64,000 nucleotides of DNA from Raillietiella orientalis. Lineage: Eukaryota. This document shows, one piece after another, positions 1 to 13,560 of this stretch. Where the stretch lies: positions 682,001 to 746,000 of the forward strand of contig JAYWIR010000052.1 of assembly GCA_036172245.1 (NCBI GenBank). The letters run 5' to 3'. The translations under genes were made by a program, and so were the position numbers. Position 1 is the first letter of the stretch. Every line of letters starts with the position of its first letter. Under the pieces are notes generated by a model that was not told the origin of the DNA, did no database searches, and saw only the letters and a list, made by a program, of their open reading frames with translations.

Positions 1-2176
1 CCGGTCAATGTGCGCCCAGGCGACCTGCGGCGACGGGAGCCTCTTCTCCGAATCTGCCGGGAAGCCACCTCCCTGCTCTTTCCCTTCGGGAAGAGCAGGG
101 AGGTGGTGGTGGGGGGAAGGGGGACACCGACGCCGGGGGACGGATGTGGGGCGTGGAGAAGGACCCCTTCCGCGCCTCCCCCTCGCGCGGTCGACGAGGG
201 CAGCTCTAGGACTCGGACGCAGGCCTACCGCCCGCGAGGAGAGAGGGAACCTCACGACGGCGGGGAGGGGAGGGGGGGAGTCTCGTGAAACGCCGCCGGA
301 AGGGCATCCGTCGACCGGCAGCGACGGAGAGGAAGGGCCTGCGAGGGGGACCCTGCGCGATCCTGCCGCACGTCCCCCCCTTCCTCTTCCCCGCAGGATT
401 CCAGGCGCTGTGCGGCCATCTTTTTTCCGCCCGTCACCGTTTCGCGCCCCTGCCGCCGCCGTGTGCGCCGCCCTTGCGTCATGCGAGGTCACGCATCCTC
501 GCGCGCCGCTTGAGCCGCTGTCCGCCGGTCGCCGCCGCGTCGCAAAATGCCTACGCACGTGTCGGAAAGGAGATGGGAGGGAGGGGGGAAACGGGAGGCT
601 GGCTGAAAAACCGACGCCGAGTTCTCGCGCGCACGCCGAGCGAGAAGCAGCAGCAGGGAGGAGGAGGATGAATAGGGAAGGGGGAAGGCGCCGCCGAGCG
701 GGAGGCGGAGGAAGGAAGGCGCGGCGCCCCGTCGCCCAGGGTCGCGATCTCTCGCCCTTCCGCTTAGGGATTTGTCGCGCGCCTGCGCGGGCGCGAGGGG
801 CTTTCACTTGGGACCCCCTGGTCTCGGGCCGCCTAAGGAGATCTCCACTCCTGTCAGCAGCGCGAGGCGATCCTCCACCACTCGCGCTGGACCAGGCGAG
901 AGGCCGAGTGAGGAGGAGGACGTGGAAGCCCCACACCACCACCGCCGCCGCCTGGCTCTGCTGCTCCCGTCGCCTCCGCCACGTGACTCCCCCTTCCCTT
1001 TCCAGAGACGGGACCCCCCCCCCCATTCCCTCCTCCCTTTTCTTGGTGGACAACGACGACGGGACGCGCTGCGAGCGTGTTGCCGCCCCCGCCCCTACCT
1101 GGTAGCCCTCCAGGTCGTCGACCACGCAGGAGAAGGACACATCGCGCCCGACGGCCACCGTCTTGTTCTCCATGGGTTCCGGAAAGGACGGCAGGGCCCG
1201 CCCTGCAAGAGAAAGACGTGGCGGGGAGTCGGCACCCAACTGGGGTCATCGAGGGAAGCTCCGGTTAAGGAGATGCGGTGCGGCGACCCCCGAGGAGACG
1301 GATAGGCGCGTCTGCTGCTGGCATCTCCGAGGATCCTCCGCAGGGGAGGAGGGGGACGGGGAGCGAGGACTGAGCCCTCGGGCGACCAAGACGACGCCAC
1401 AGGGGGCGTTTCCCCCCTGCCCGGAGGCCGCCTGGTTGTCCACTCCCGTCTCCAGTTTAGCCCCTCAGCACTTTTGGACCCTCCCACTCCCCACTCACGC
1501 TGCCGCCTTCACCCCACTCCCCCGCCCCCCCTTCCCCTTTACCGGGCCTCCACCCGGCTTTCAGACGGACGCGTGGGAGTGGTCGCCCCCCTCAGGCGAA
1601 TCCTCCAAGAAGGTCGCACCCGCGTTCGTTCGGGAAGAGCCTAGGGCACTAAGTGGGGGGCCGGAGGGACAGCGCTGCACCAAGGTGAGCCCTCTGCCCG
1701 CCCGTGGCCTCCCTCTCCCCCTTCCCCCGAGGATGGGGACACTTCAAAACACACAGAGAAAAAAGGAGAGAGCGGGCGATGCCTCCCCTTCCGGTCGGAC
1801 TCCAGGAGGGGGGAAGGCCGTAAGGGAGGGTAGTGGGACGGGGAGCGGAGGTCTCCAGTCAGCTCACCGCTCCTAGCGGAGGTCGATTGGGCACCGGGAG
1901 CGCTTCGTCTCAGCGGGGATCCTCCAGCCTGTCCCTACGCAGGGACATCTCCTGGAGCTCGCGAGTGCCCCCGGGAGAAACGGAGTGTTGGGGGGGGAGG
2001 GGGGAGGGAAGGCAACGCGACTCCGGCTCCAGCTGACACCTGGAACCTTGAAACCTGAAACGGGGTGCTCCCAGGACAGTGAGCGGGGAGCCGGGAGGGG
2101 AACCCGCCGTGTACTTACTGGACCACACGCCCAGAAGGCAGTGGTGGAGAATTAGGAGGTTCTCGAGGGGCCCCAT
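1..2176 (-). CDS. Dpr-interacting protein (DIP)/Lachesin-like IgLON-type neuronal cell-adhesion protein, 5' part (runs off the window's left edge)
   Basis: Spliced by hand: exon 2176-2119 (MGPLENLLILHHCLLGVWS, signal-peptide-like, phase-1 GTAAGT donor); exon 1202-1099 (acceptor tctttctcttgcag, RALPSFPEPMENKTVAVGRDVSFSCVVDDLEGYQ, GTAGGG donor); exon 24-1 (acceptor ccgcag, VAWAHIDR). Phases are consistent. The peptide matches the DIP/Lachesin Ig1 pattern P.F..P..N.TV.VGRD....CVV..L.GY.VAW.HID. The signal exon is less certain than the Ig exons. Confidence 0.85.
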
Positions 2177-3721
2177 CACCCGGGCCCGCCTGGGGTGAAC
2201 GGTGCCTCCCTGGGCTCGGCTCGGCCTTCGTCGCCCGCGGCCCACGTCGTCCTGGCAACCTTCCGCAGCTTCCGCGGCGAGCGTAGTGGCAGGTTCGCCG
2301 GAGACGGCGGGCGCGACGTCCCTTCGCGGGCGCGGACGCGCGCATGCCTTCGTGCGCGCGCGCGCCGTGCGCCCACGGGGACGTTCCGCGGCTCGAGGAC
2401 CTCCCTGGACGAAGGGGTGGGGCGAAGGAAGGGCGAGGTGGAAGTCGATCAGGAGGACTGGGGCACCCTATCCACCCGCCCCTTGTGGAAAAGAAGGGAG
2501 CAGAGGGGGAAGGGCGATCGTGTGCCCCGACCGAGCTCCCTTCCCGGGCGCCGGGAGCGTCCGTCCACTCCGATCGCCAGGAGGACTGGCAGCAGTAGGG
2601 AGGGAGAGGAAGGGGCGAGGCTTCTCTCGGGGAATCTAGCGAAAGCTGCAGGAGGCTGACGAAAGGAGGAAGGAGCGGGGAGGAACTAGAGGCGCGCGCC
2701 CCCACCCTACCCCTCTCTTTCCGGTCCTCCTCTCACGGCGATCGCAGAAGAAGGGCTCCTCCTCCCCGTCTCTGCGTTCTCCACGCCCCGCAGCCACGAG
2801 GACGCGGCGGTGTCCCCTCCGCTCCCGCGGTCCCCCAATCTCCCGGGAGCGCCCTCGCAGATCTTGAAGAGACCGTCCCTCCTCCTCCCCGTCGAGGAGA
2901 GAGGAAAGGAGAATATCCTCTGGAAGGATCGGTCCAGGAGGACGGGAGGAAGCGCCGACCCGTCGAGGGCGCGCGACAAGACGGGAGCGCACCTCCGGCT
3001 CCCACTCCGAACTGGGGAAAGGCTGAGGAACCGGGGTGACGACGCGGTCCCTTGCCGGAGCGTCCCGGCGTCGCTTCCCGGGGGAAGGAGAAGCCCGCGA
3101 AAAGTGCGGGGGACCGATAAATCGCCAGCGCCAAAGAGTCTCCTTCCCGGAACATTCCCTATCAACGGCGATAAACGGATCCGAGAGCCGCCCTTCCGCC
3201 GGGAGCGTTTCCTTCGATAGCGCGAGGCCATTTCGAGCCTCCCGAAAACTCCCTGGTCATCCCCCAGGATGAAACTTATCGGTTTCACGTGCCATTTATC
3301 CGGCGATCGGAGATCTTTCTGTCTTTTTTCCTTTAAAACGTCCGCGGCGCCCCTCCCTTTTGTTCCTCCAGCCACCGCCGTGGTCCAGCGGGACGGTCAG
3401 AGAAGACAAAGGAAGATCTGCGGGTCCGATCAACTGCCAGAAAGAGGGGGTGGGGGAGGTTCGTCCCCAGTCGTCTCGGACTCCCCGCCCGTGCCAGCGG
3501 CAGAGAGCCCCGTGCGCCGTCCTTCCTCAGGTCAGCTCCGAGGAGGAAGGGGGAGGGAGGGGACCCGAGGAGGACGCCGGATTCGAAGAGGGCAACGACG
3601 ACGCCCCGGAGCGAGCCGAGCGGCGGGAAGAAGGGAAGTGGAAGAGTCCACGGGGGCTCCGCCGCCGCGGCGGCTGTTTTCTGGCTCGCACCCCGGGAAT
3701 AGCTGGCATTTCCCCTCCCCT

Positions 3722-3730
<9 letters not shown>

Positions 3731-3762
<32 letters not shown>
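3731..3762. repeat. (CT)16 microsatellite after a C run
   Basis: Read directly from the sequence. Confidence 0.95.
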
Positions 3763-3765
<3 letters not shown>

Positions 3766-5627
3766 GGCAGCGTCCGTCCGCCCACGCGCAACCGCAGATC
3801 GACTCTGTCCCCTCCCTTCCAGCGGGGGCGTTTGACCTGGGCGCTTCCAGGTGCAACGCAGTCCTTCCGCTCCAGGGATCACGTCGGGCATGTTTCGATC
3901 TAATGACGGGGGCGCGGGCGAACGCGTTGCTCAGAGGGCACGTTCTTCGGCAGCGACCACTCGCGGACCGATGGAGCGAGAGAATGCGATCCCCCCCCCC
4001 CCATTCCCCTCTCTCCCCCTCCTCCCTTCCCCTGCTCCTTTCACCTTAGGTAAACACATCCCTGCTTTGTTTCCGCTTAATCTGCAGTTCATTCTGCTCG
4101 GAGGAGAACCCATCCCCTGAGAGTAATTAGGAGGCTGCATGTACCACAGTTTATTTTCTAAAAGTAAATTATCATAAAAGATAATAAAAACGAGTGATGA
4201 GCTTTGTTTATTTTCTGCGGAACTCCACAACCCCGGAGAGGAAACTTCTGCTCCGGCGCTCGTAATTAGCCCCGAATTGCGAGTGCCTTTTCCGAGGCGT
4301 GGAAACAAAAAGGCAGAAGGGAGGGAGGAAAGGAGGAAAAAACACCCCTGCGATCCCATTTTTCCCGGGCGCGGAGGACTTCCCGGGCGATTTCGAGGTT
4401 TCGGAACCGAAAGTGCGGCAGCACACACCTCCTCCATGTTGGCGCGCGAGCCGTCGGAAGCGGCGGCGGCGTCAGCGAATTTCCCGTCAGCCTCCCTCCC
4501 TCCCTTCTTGGCGCAGAGCAGCATCCAGAAAAGGGGGGGGGGGGGGAAAGAAGAAGGGGGGGGGGGTTGGAAACGCTCTCTCTCTCCTCCTTCCGAAATC
4601 GGGGAGGCGACCTACGCGCGAGCCGGGGGCAACCACCTGCGGTCCCCACTCTCAGATGAAGCCGCAGTTTGGGGATCCCCCCGACCGTCCCCCGGAAGGG
4701 CTGACGATGGGGTGGAGTCGTCGTCCCCGCCTCCCCCTTTGCCTCCCTCCGTCCCCCTCAGGAAGCCGGACGGGTCCCCGGTGCAGCTTCCCTGTCCCTT
4801 CCCGTCGAGGAGGTCGTGCGGGGACGAGCGACCGAAGCGACAACAGGTAGTCTGCGGAAAGGCTCGAGGAACGCTGGAGGGGGGGGGGGAGGGAGGGGGG
4901 CCACCCCCCGTACGTCATCCATCACGAGGATAATTCGCCGATTATTTCGCACGATTTCCGACCGTTATTAAATGTTGCCATCATCATTTCGCCAATTTTT
5001 TGATTAATTGCGCGCCGCTCGCTCGGATAAAAGAAGAACGAAAGCTCTCCCTTTGTTTACTCATTAGAAACGCTTTCGGAGCGCTCGTCTCGTTAATGTT
5101 GCTTATTCGGAATGCCGGAGAAACTTTTAATGAAAAGTTCCATAATTCATAGCTGGCATTCTGTACCAAATCTCTTTTAAATAATTGCCAGAATTAATAA
5201 GATGGTAGGTAGGCTCTGTTTTGCTTCATACTCCCGGAAGTTATTCGAGTTGTATGCATCAGGAAACACAAAAAGGGTAAGAGCTCCGACGAAAGGAAGG
5301 CACACAAAGTTAAGCCAAAAGGAATTACGGAGCGTCCAAAAACTTCCCGTCGTAATGCGGCAAAATAATTTTTACCGGCGATGGCGCCGCCGCAAAGTTC
5401 TCGCCCGTCCTGCAGATGGCCACGGGAGAAATCCGAGCGCACCGGACGATGTTTTCCGCGCAAATATTTGGCTTCCGTCCGAAGAGCGTGGCGGCGGCAG
5501 AACATGACTTCTGGACCATTCTCTTTCCTCTTCTCTTTTTTCTTTTCTTTTTTCTTTTTTCTTTTGGGGGGGGGGGGGGCCTCGCACAAAGTTACGGCGG
5601 CTCGGTGTGCACTCGACCGGGATGTGG

Positions 5628-5655
<28 letters not shown>
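5628..5655. repeat. (TGC)9 microsatellite
   Basis: Read directly; explains the poly-Q/A/S/L/C runs in the overlapping spurious ORFs. Confidence 0.95.
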
Positions 5656-5660
<5 letters not shown>

Positions 5661-8600
5661 GGACGGTTCTCCTCCTCCTTTCCTTCTTTCCTTTTCGGCG
5701 GAAGAAGAAAAGAAGAAGAAGGAAAAAAGCAGAAGGTTCTCCCTGTTTCCAGAGTTCGATCGCTGGAAGGGAGAAAAAAAAGTGCGCGGTGTGTTCCTCC
5801 CTGCCGTCCACCGAGCCCTCCCGCTCGCCGGCTGGGAACAGCCCGGCAAGCCGCTCCCCAGTGCGCGTGGGCTCGATAAGGAACCGTACCTGAAGACCAA
5901 ATACGATACGCGCGAATGATTAGCGTGCCATATAACGAGTAATCCCGAGGCCGCTCACGAATCGTCCCGGACGGAACCCACGCGCCGCAATGATGCAGTC
6001 TCCGCACGAGGATTACCCGCTCAAACAGCCATCGACGCAGCATCCCGCAGGCAGCACGACATGTGGCTCTCTGATTTTATTGCCGCAATAAGTTCTCCGT
6101 TTACCAGGTCATCAAGACGCTTTACATCTTCAGGATTGGTTTTTAAATCCCATAAGGAGGGTAAAGTCTTCGCCAGGAAGAATGCGAGCTGCGGAAAAAG
6201 GAAAGAGGGAGAAGACGGGTTCGGGGAAGGGAGGGAGGGAGAAGGGCGACATCAAAGGCAAACACGTCGGGAAAATCGTTTCCCACCATTTGCTCTCTCC
6301 CCACCACGTCGTTTCGAGCATGAGGAATCCAGGTGGACTCTCCCCGCAACCAGCTACAGAGAGCGCGCGCCCGGAAGGAGTGGGGGTGAGGGGGCGGGGA
6401 GGGGCTGAAGGCTGCGCGCCTCCCCGTCTTCGGATCCTCGAATCCTTCCTCGGGAGCTTCCTGATTTAGTAGGGAACCGCCGCCCGACCGCCAACGAATG
6501 CACCGCCAAGTCCGCCACGAGCGGCGACGGAAAACACACCTGGACGGCGACAGTGGATAGGTCGGGTTCCAGGCCCCACCCCCCCCCCCGCCCCACGGCT
6601 CCGCACGACAGCGCAGGTTGCGAATAGGACCGCGGATCAACAGCGTCGGGAGATTGCCCTCCGTGATGGTTCCCTCGTCAGCCACAAAGCGATGCGAAGA
6701 AGAAACGAAAGGAAGGCATTTCAGGAACGTTGTGGGAGCAGCAGAGGATCCCGGAGAGTCGGAAACCTGAAACGGAAAATCGCGGGTCAAGGGGTCCCCA
6801 CCCAAATGCCACTCCCCTTCTTCGCCGGGGAACTTCTGGGGCCAGAGGGCAAGCAGACGTGCGCACTCCTCCGCCAGGGCGCTGACCACACGAGCAGCGG
6901 CGAGCATCTTCTGGGGGTCTTGGAGCTCCAACACGGGGTGAGCGGCGTGGCGAGGTCATCCCTCTCCCCGCCTCCAAATGACTTGCGGACGAGTCCGCAA
7001 CTCACCGAGCACCGCTTTCTCCGAGAAGGGATAGTGCTGGATGACCGCAAACAGAGCCGCCATCCACTCCACCCTGCCCCGGCGGAACCCCACGGGCGCG
7101 TCCTCACTCGAAAAGGGGTGCCGACTCGCCCAAGAGGGCAGCCCTCCTCATCTCTGGGGCCCCCTTTCCAGATGCCAGAAGCCCAGTTCCCCATCCCACC
7201 ACGACGCGCCAGCGGCCCGTCGCCGCGCGGGGAGACGGAAGCGGTTCAGCTATCCGCCATGCTCTGGAGGCAGGAGGGAATCTCCCTCCCGCCCAGAATC
7301 CGCTCCCCATCCGCTCCAACCGCGAGCCCGGGCTGCGCTCTGTGGGCCCGGGAGGGTCCCGCCTCTGTGCAAGTAAGCTGTTGCTTCTGCCGCACCCCAT
7401 CGGTCGCGTGCTGGAGAGATTCAACCGCGGAAGAGTTCCCTGATCTTCTTGTTTCCTCGAAATGAATGAACGAGAGAGGGACCACGAGGTGTCAGCTAAT
7501 GGCCATTTGTGCTTCGGCGTGCGGTCGAACTTCGCCCGTCGATGCGCGGCGGGGGGAGAGGGTTCCCCCCCCTCGCTCCCCCCCGCCCCGAGTAGCTGCG
7601 TCCGCAGATTGGGCTGGCAAGCAACGTGAGGGACAGGGTTGCCCACACTCGCGGTAGGCACGGCTGGCTGCCGTGATGCAGCTGGCGAGCAGCATCCGCT
7701 GGGAAAGGGCGGACACACCCTCCTCCCTTTCCACGCTTTTTTGCACACGCATGAAAGGGAAAGGGTTTTCCCCGGCCCGTAATTTTTCGCGGGTCCTCTA
7801 CCGGGAGCACGCGGAAGCTGCGGTACAGATGAGCGCCGAACTCTGGTAACCGAAAAAAAAATTGAAAAAAAAAAAGGGTTCTCCTTCCCACTTCCGAGTG
7901 GGTGCTCCTGCACTAATTTTGCAGTCATGTAAAAATGGACCCCTAAATTGGTTCGAGTGATAGAAAATTCCAGAAGCACGCCTTGTTGTAAGGCTGCCGG
8001 TTCTCCCGGGGGACGCCGCGCGGCGCTTGCATCGTCCTTCTCGCGCGGCTCGCGGTTTCCATGGCTCTGACCAGCAGCGTGCGGGACGTTCCGCCGCGCG
8101 TGGGCGCTCCGCTTGCCGTTGCTTCACCCTCGGAGAGGCCATCGAAGCTGGCGCGAGGCACGCGCAGCGGGATCGAGTGGCACATCTCGTGGGGGCCGAA
8201 GAGCCCTTCACGAGGAGGAGAGGGGCTGCGTCGGCAGCCGGGGTCAACCGGCCTCCTCCACCGGCTTGAGGAGCGCCCCTCTGGGACGCCGGGCCTCCGC
8301 TCGCTACCCTCGCCCTCCGTGAGCTGACCACCGCAAGCGTTACTAGGGGTCGTCGTCGTCGAACCCCGCCTGTTGACGGGAGACGTGCTGCTCCGCGAAA
8401 GGCGCGTGAAAGACCGGGAAATAACCCCCGCGCCGGTGTGACAGCCGCAGACCGACCGCCGGGTCCTCCCTAGGCGGGGAAAAGGAAGGAAGGAGGGCGG
8501 ATATCCACCCTCTCCCCGAGGATGGCGCGCGACAGCTGAATCACGGAAACGGGGGTCGCGCCTGTCGCACGCTGGGCAGCTCTGCTGAGCAACGGATGCG

Positions 8601-9848
8601 TTGCCAAGCCAACCCGCGGACGGAGCGACGACTCGGGAGAAAAGTCTCGCGCGCCGGCTGGCGGCGATCGACCACAGCACTCCGGGGCGCCCTGAAGGTC
8701 CAGCAGCCCTTTCTCGGAATCTCGCGGTTCCTACCGTCCAGCGACCCCACAGAGCCACTTGCCCCCCAAGATGGATGGGAGCTGAAGGCTGCCTTTCGCG
8801 GGACTTCCGGCGAGGGGGGGGGGGGGGAACAAGGCGCGCGGGACGTCTTCGAGGGAAGGAAGATGGCGGAGGCGGACGCGGTGCCTCTCATCGGCCTCCG
8901 GATGGCAGGGCGACCCTGCCGGGCTCCACGGCCCCGACCGACCCCTCACGGGGGCGATGCCTGAGAGACCCCCACAGCCCATTCCCCTCAGCACCCTCCT
9001 GCCAAAGGTCGGGATGGATGGATGGGGGGTGGCGACGCCGCCGGTGCTGTCTCTCTGTGGTCGCGAAAGGAGGCGACGAGCGGCTCCTCCTCAGAGGAGA
9101 GCTCGCAGGGTTCTACGCACTTCCCCCTCGCTCGTCGCCTCCTTTCCCCAGGGAGGATCCGGGAGAGCGATCGTTTCCATCGTTCCGGACGCGCCCTCGC
9201 AGGGGCCGGGATAGATCCTCCCTCCCCTTCCACAAGTCCGGATTCAGGGTGGGCGGGAGCGGGTGGCACGCGCTCGGGAGCGCCGGCACTCGGGGAAGCT
9301 GCGAGCTCTGTGCCACCCTTGCCTTGGGACGGGAGAATGGGAAGAAATTGGGAAAGGTGGGGCACGTCAGTCAATCCGGGGCTTCGCTCCTCCCTTCCGT
9401 GCCCCACGCCCTCTCCCTGGGAGACCGAGGCGTGGGCGAGCGCGCCGCCCCCCCTGGCTCGCGAGGGGGCGTCTCTCCTTCCCTCACACTCTCGCCTCGG
9501 TAGCCACTAGGCCCAGCTGCCTCCCGGTCCACAGACTCTGCGGTCCGAACCCTTGTTCCCAAGAGGGAACGGGGTGGGGTCATGGAGGGAGGAGGTGGTC
9601 GACAAGTGGCTCTCCTTCCCGTAAGCTGGTTTCCATTTCGAACGCAGCGGTCCGACGCAGCTTCCAGCTCCTCCCTCCTAGTCCAGCCAAGACCCGGGAT
9701 CACCGGTCCTCTCTGCGGCTCCTTCATCTGCTTCCTCTGCAGCGCAGCTTGCGGTGCTTTTCTGGATCACCACGCCCTTGCGGAACCGAGCGGGTTCCTC
9801 CCTCCTCGTGAATCCGGGCTGCTGCCCGAGCCCCACGCCCAGCCCCAA

Positions 9849-10513
9849 GGGCGATCTGTCGAAATCCCGAACGATCAGCGTCCCGAAAAATCACGGAAAA
9901 TAAATACGAATGCTCGTTCTACATGATTCATATGCAAATTTATTTTAATATGCATAGTTACTCATCTTCACTCATCCCGACCTACAGTAGTATTGTTGGA
10001 ACATTTATTAAGACTCAGTAACATACATTATTATTAATTTTATTAAATTCATGGGTTGTTGATTATCTTCTTGATATATATATATATATATATTAGAGGT
10101 TACAAAATTAAATACGTATGCTTATGTTAGACATCCATATTTATAGATAATGGGAATATGTATACGTATGAACATAAATATGGGCATGAAGATACATATA
10201 CACATGCGTACATGAATATAAATGTATGTCTATAATGAGCATATACATATTTCTTTCTTATGATCCTCGTATCTACATATAGTAAGCATATGCATTTATT
10301 TTTTTTTAATTTTTAATAATGTCAACAATATAGTAAACAAATTATTACTTGTATTAATAAACGTATCTGTTCCGATAATGCTGCTGGCATGCACGTTAAT
10401 AAATATGAATAACTAATTAAGTGAAAATGAATTTGCACACACAATAGGCCTATGCGGTCATTTTTTCAATGATCTTTCGGGATTCCGATCGTTCGGGATT
10501 TCGAACCGGACCC
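9849..10513. mobile_element. Non-autonomous TIR element (MITE, possibly Mutator-like) with AT-rich interior
   Basis: Inverted repeats 9859-9900 and 10463-10504 match at 36/42 nt, the first 18 (TCGAAATCCCGAACGATC) exactly, each with a doubled TCCCGAA subrepeat. GGG...CCC lies just outside. The interior is AT-rich with (TA)n. No TSD found, so the superfamily is inference. Confidence 0.7.
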
Positions 10514-13512
10514 ACTGACACGCACCCCGACCTACAGCCTCCCCCACCCCCCATCCTTGCGTTGCATCCTTTGAGGGAAGCTCCTCCGCAAAACACCCGA
10601 AACACGGGAAGGTTTGGGACTCGGGGAGGCACCCCGCGGCGGCCACCCCCGTGCACCCCAGCAAGATGCAGGGAAGCATCTTACGGGGAGGATGCTGCAG
10701 AGAGGATCTGCGGGACTACCTCGAGCTGCTCACCCCCGCCCACCTTGTTCCAGAGTTGGTTGCTCGCGAAGAAGCCACCAAGTGCTTGCCGCTGACTTGA
10801 AGCAGAGCCCACGCAGCATCCTTTTTCAAAGATGGCGTGACGAGGAGGACGGAATTGAATCCACGGCTCCGATCCCGTGATTTCCCGATGCGAAAAATAT
10901 CGGGATCTGGCAAATGCATCGAGCAGCAGCGGGAAAAGGTCCGCTGCAAGCGGCCATTTTCTATAAATAGGGTGAATAAATGGGAATGCGATGGAGACCG
11001 TTGCCTTCGGAAACGGAGCGTGCCGAACAACTGCATCTTCCTGCTCTCCGCGGATTCGAACCGCCGGTTCCCGCCCTTCCTTATGCTTGCCGAATCGGAT
11101 CTTTCAAATTTAGATGTTCTAAGCCCAGGTGGGAGGACAGGCCTCCCGGATTCCATGGATTGGACCGAAGGAACCCGGCGGAGTGTTATGGAATCAGCCG
11201 GGTTTTGAGGGAGTCATGGCAACAGCCAGATTCCGACCAGGTCGGTCGAGCTGATTACGAAGCGGCGCAACGGGACGGGATCGCGGAAACTGGAACAAGC
11301 ACACGGAAGCTGCGGGAAACGGGATCGAAATCCAGGCAAGATCGAGAGATCAAACGGATTTTACAACTTACGGACGATGACTGGTAATGAGGAATTATCA
11401 TGAAATCATTACAGCTGTACGACTGTTGGTGAGTTCCGGCGCACGGCGCGTCCACTGCGCGCTCTCGCAATCAGGAAGACAATAAAGTGGAGCAAGGAAG
11501 CTGCGCGGATGCCAATTTACTCGCAGGTTCGATTCGTGACACAGCAGCTGAAGCAGGGAGTGGCGGAAAAGCAGGGAAGGGGAAGCAAGCAGCGGGGGAG
11601 GGATCTCGGGCAGAATGGGAATTCGCGTTTCCGCAGTGCGCAGTGCGGGAGCGGAATTCGGAGGGGTTGCGGGGATGATGCCGTCCGATTTGAGGGTCCC
11701 TCAAAGCTCGACTCCTCATAACGGGAGGCTGACACTTACGCGCGAGTCGAAAAAGTCGAAGTCCCAATTCGTGGACAATCCGGGGATGTCTCTAAGGTGC
11801 CTCTCTACCCATCCCACCCATGCGGCGCCTTCTTCCTTTGAACTCGCATCCGATTCCTCCCATCCGTGGTTCTGGAAAAGATGAGGAACTCAGGAGGGGG
11901 CAGATTTTGCCACGGAGGCGTCAGGCCCCATCTACAGAACGAAGAATCGTTTCCGGGTCGCTCCTACCGATACGTAATTACCAATTACAGGCGTCCCGGA
12001 CATCGTTTTTCGGATTGGGAAGCCTTCCGGTGAGCCGAAGCATCCGTGTATTCGTCAGCGTATTAGCATAAAACAAGTGTACGTATACAAAATAGGATAC
12101 AGCGGTCAGGGGGTGGCTGATCGAAGCTCCGAAAAACCGTACCCAACGCTCTTAATTGGAAAGAAAACCGGAACCGGGCTAGAGGAACTCCTGCGTCCAC
12201 TCCCACCCCATCCTCGTGGTGTGTGAACACGCTAAGCCAAGACGCTCACTATACCGTGCGGTCAACCGTCTTCCTGAGGGCATCTTCGTCTGCGAGATGA
12301 CTTTCAGTTTCGGCTTCCTGCATCTCCACCGCCTCACAGCTGCCACCCTCGGCTCGCACTGTGGCTCAGTTCACTTCACGACTCGCAAGATGAACTGGAG
12401 AAGAAGAAAAAAGGCAAATCACTCCGAAGGCCCAACCGAATTGATCTCGCCGAACCGGGGCCGAGACGACCGGTCCTGGAGGAGACTGCTTCCTACAAAT
12501 CAGAGGTCCCCATTCTGCCATCTGCCTGCCATTACAAGAGCGTCAGTTTGTGATCCTCGCGAGAGGACTTCACAGGCTCAACCTCCACGAGCAATTTTTG
12601 AAAGAGCCGCTCCGTTATGTCAGGAGCACCCGGCAGCAAATCAGGAGATTCGTGTCGTTTGCATATGTGATGGCGCCATTCCCGAGGAGTTCGGGCACCT
12701 CCGTAGGCGCGCTGGGCGTGGGGCACTGCAATCCGATGGGGGAGTGCCTCTTGGTACTCGCGCCAGGAGGGATAGCCAGTCTGCAGTTTCGGCAACCCGG
12801 ACATGGTATTCCGTCGTTAGAGAAAGATAAACTTCCCGTTGGCTGCAGACTTGTCCAGGAGGAAGCGGGGACGTTTTTAAAAGTCTGGAAAAGGGGAAAA
12901 CAAAGGGAAAAGGAAAGGGAACACCTGCAGGTGAGGGAAAAAAGCAACGCGCAGCCAAGAAAGAAAGTCAGGAAGAGAAATGCTGCCGCTGGCTTTTGGA
13001 GGTCATCGGAAACGAAGGCTGAGAGTTGTGCCATTGGAAAAGAGGTGGTAACCACGAAAAGATTTGAAAAAAAAAAAAAAATCTCTTGATGCAGGAAGAG
13101 CGCCAACTTTCCAGATATGATACTTAAGATGTAAAACTATTTGAAACAGAAAAGATCGAGAACTTTTGGATATGCGGAACGCCGTTCCCTGCAAAACATC
13201 CGACGTTTCTGTTTGAAAGGACCGATGCGCGTCTCATGCCGGGAGAGAGAAAAAAAAAAAAAACATTCCCTTGCGGTTGATTCAAAGCACACACCGTCCG
13301 TCTGTGCTCAGCACAGACGAGTGGTGACTCTCTCTCTCTTTTTTCTATTCTCTCTCTCTTTCGGATTGGGGCGGTCCGTTCCCATCTGAGGAGAGGAAAG
13401 CAAATCGTGGGTCGCCGGATCTACTCGCGAAGACCGGCTGTTGAACTCTGGTGTTTGGCCGTTGCCAGGCAGCGACTGCCTTTGACTCATTGCTTCCGTT
13501 CCGTGATTTTCC

Positions 13513-13560
13513 GATGATGACGACGACGACGACGACGACGATGATGATGATGATGATGAT
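13513..13560. repeat. Compound (GAT)2(GAC)7(GAT)7 microsatellite
   Basis: Read directly. Confidence 0.95.

Noticed and set aside
8..9926. Dozens of long overlapping ORFs in the GC-rich zone
   Set aside because: R/P/G/A/S-rich, present in all six frames, no domain motifs; expected from stop-codon scarcity at high GC.
11050..11064. tRNA T-arm/B-box (GCGGTTCGAATCCGC, minus strand)
   Set aside because: No convincing A-box, cloverleaf or second copy.
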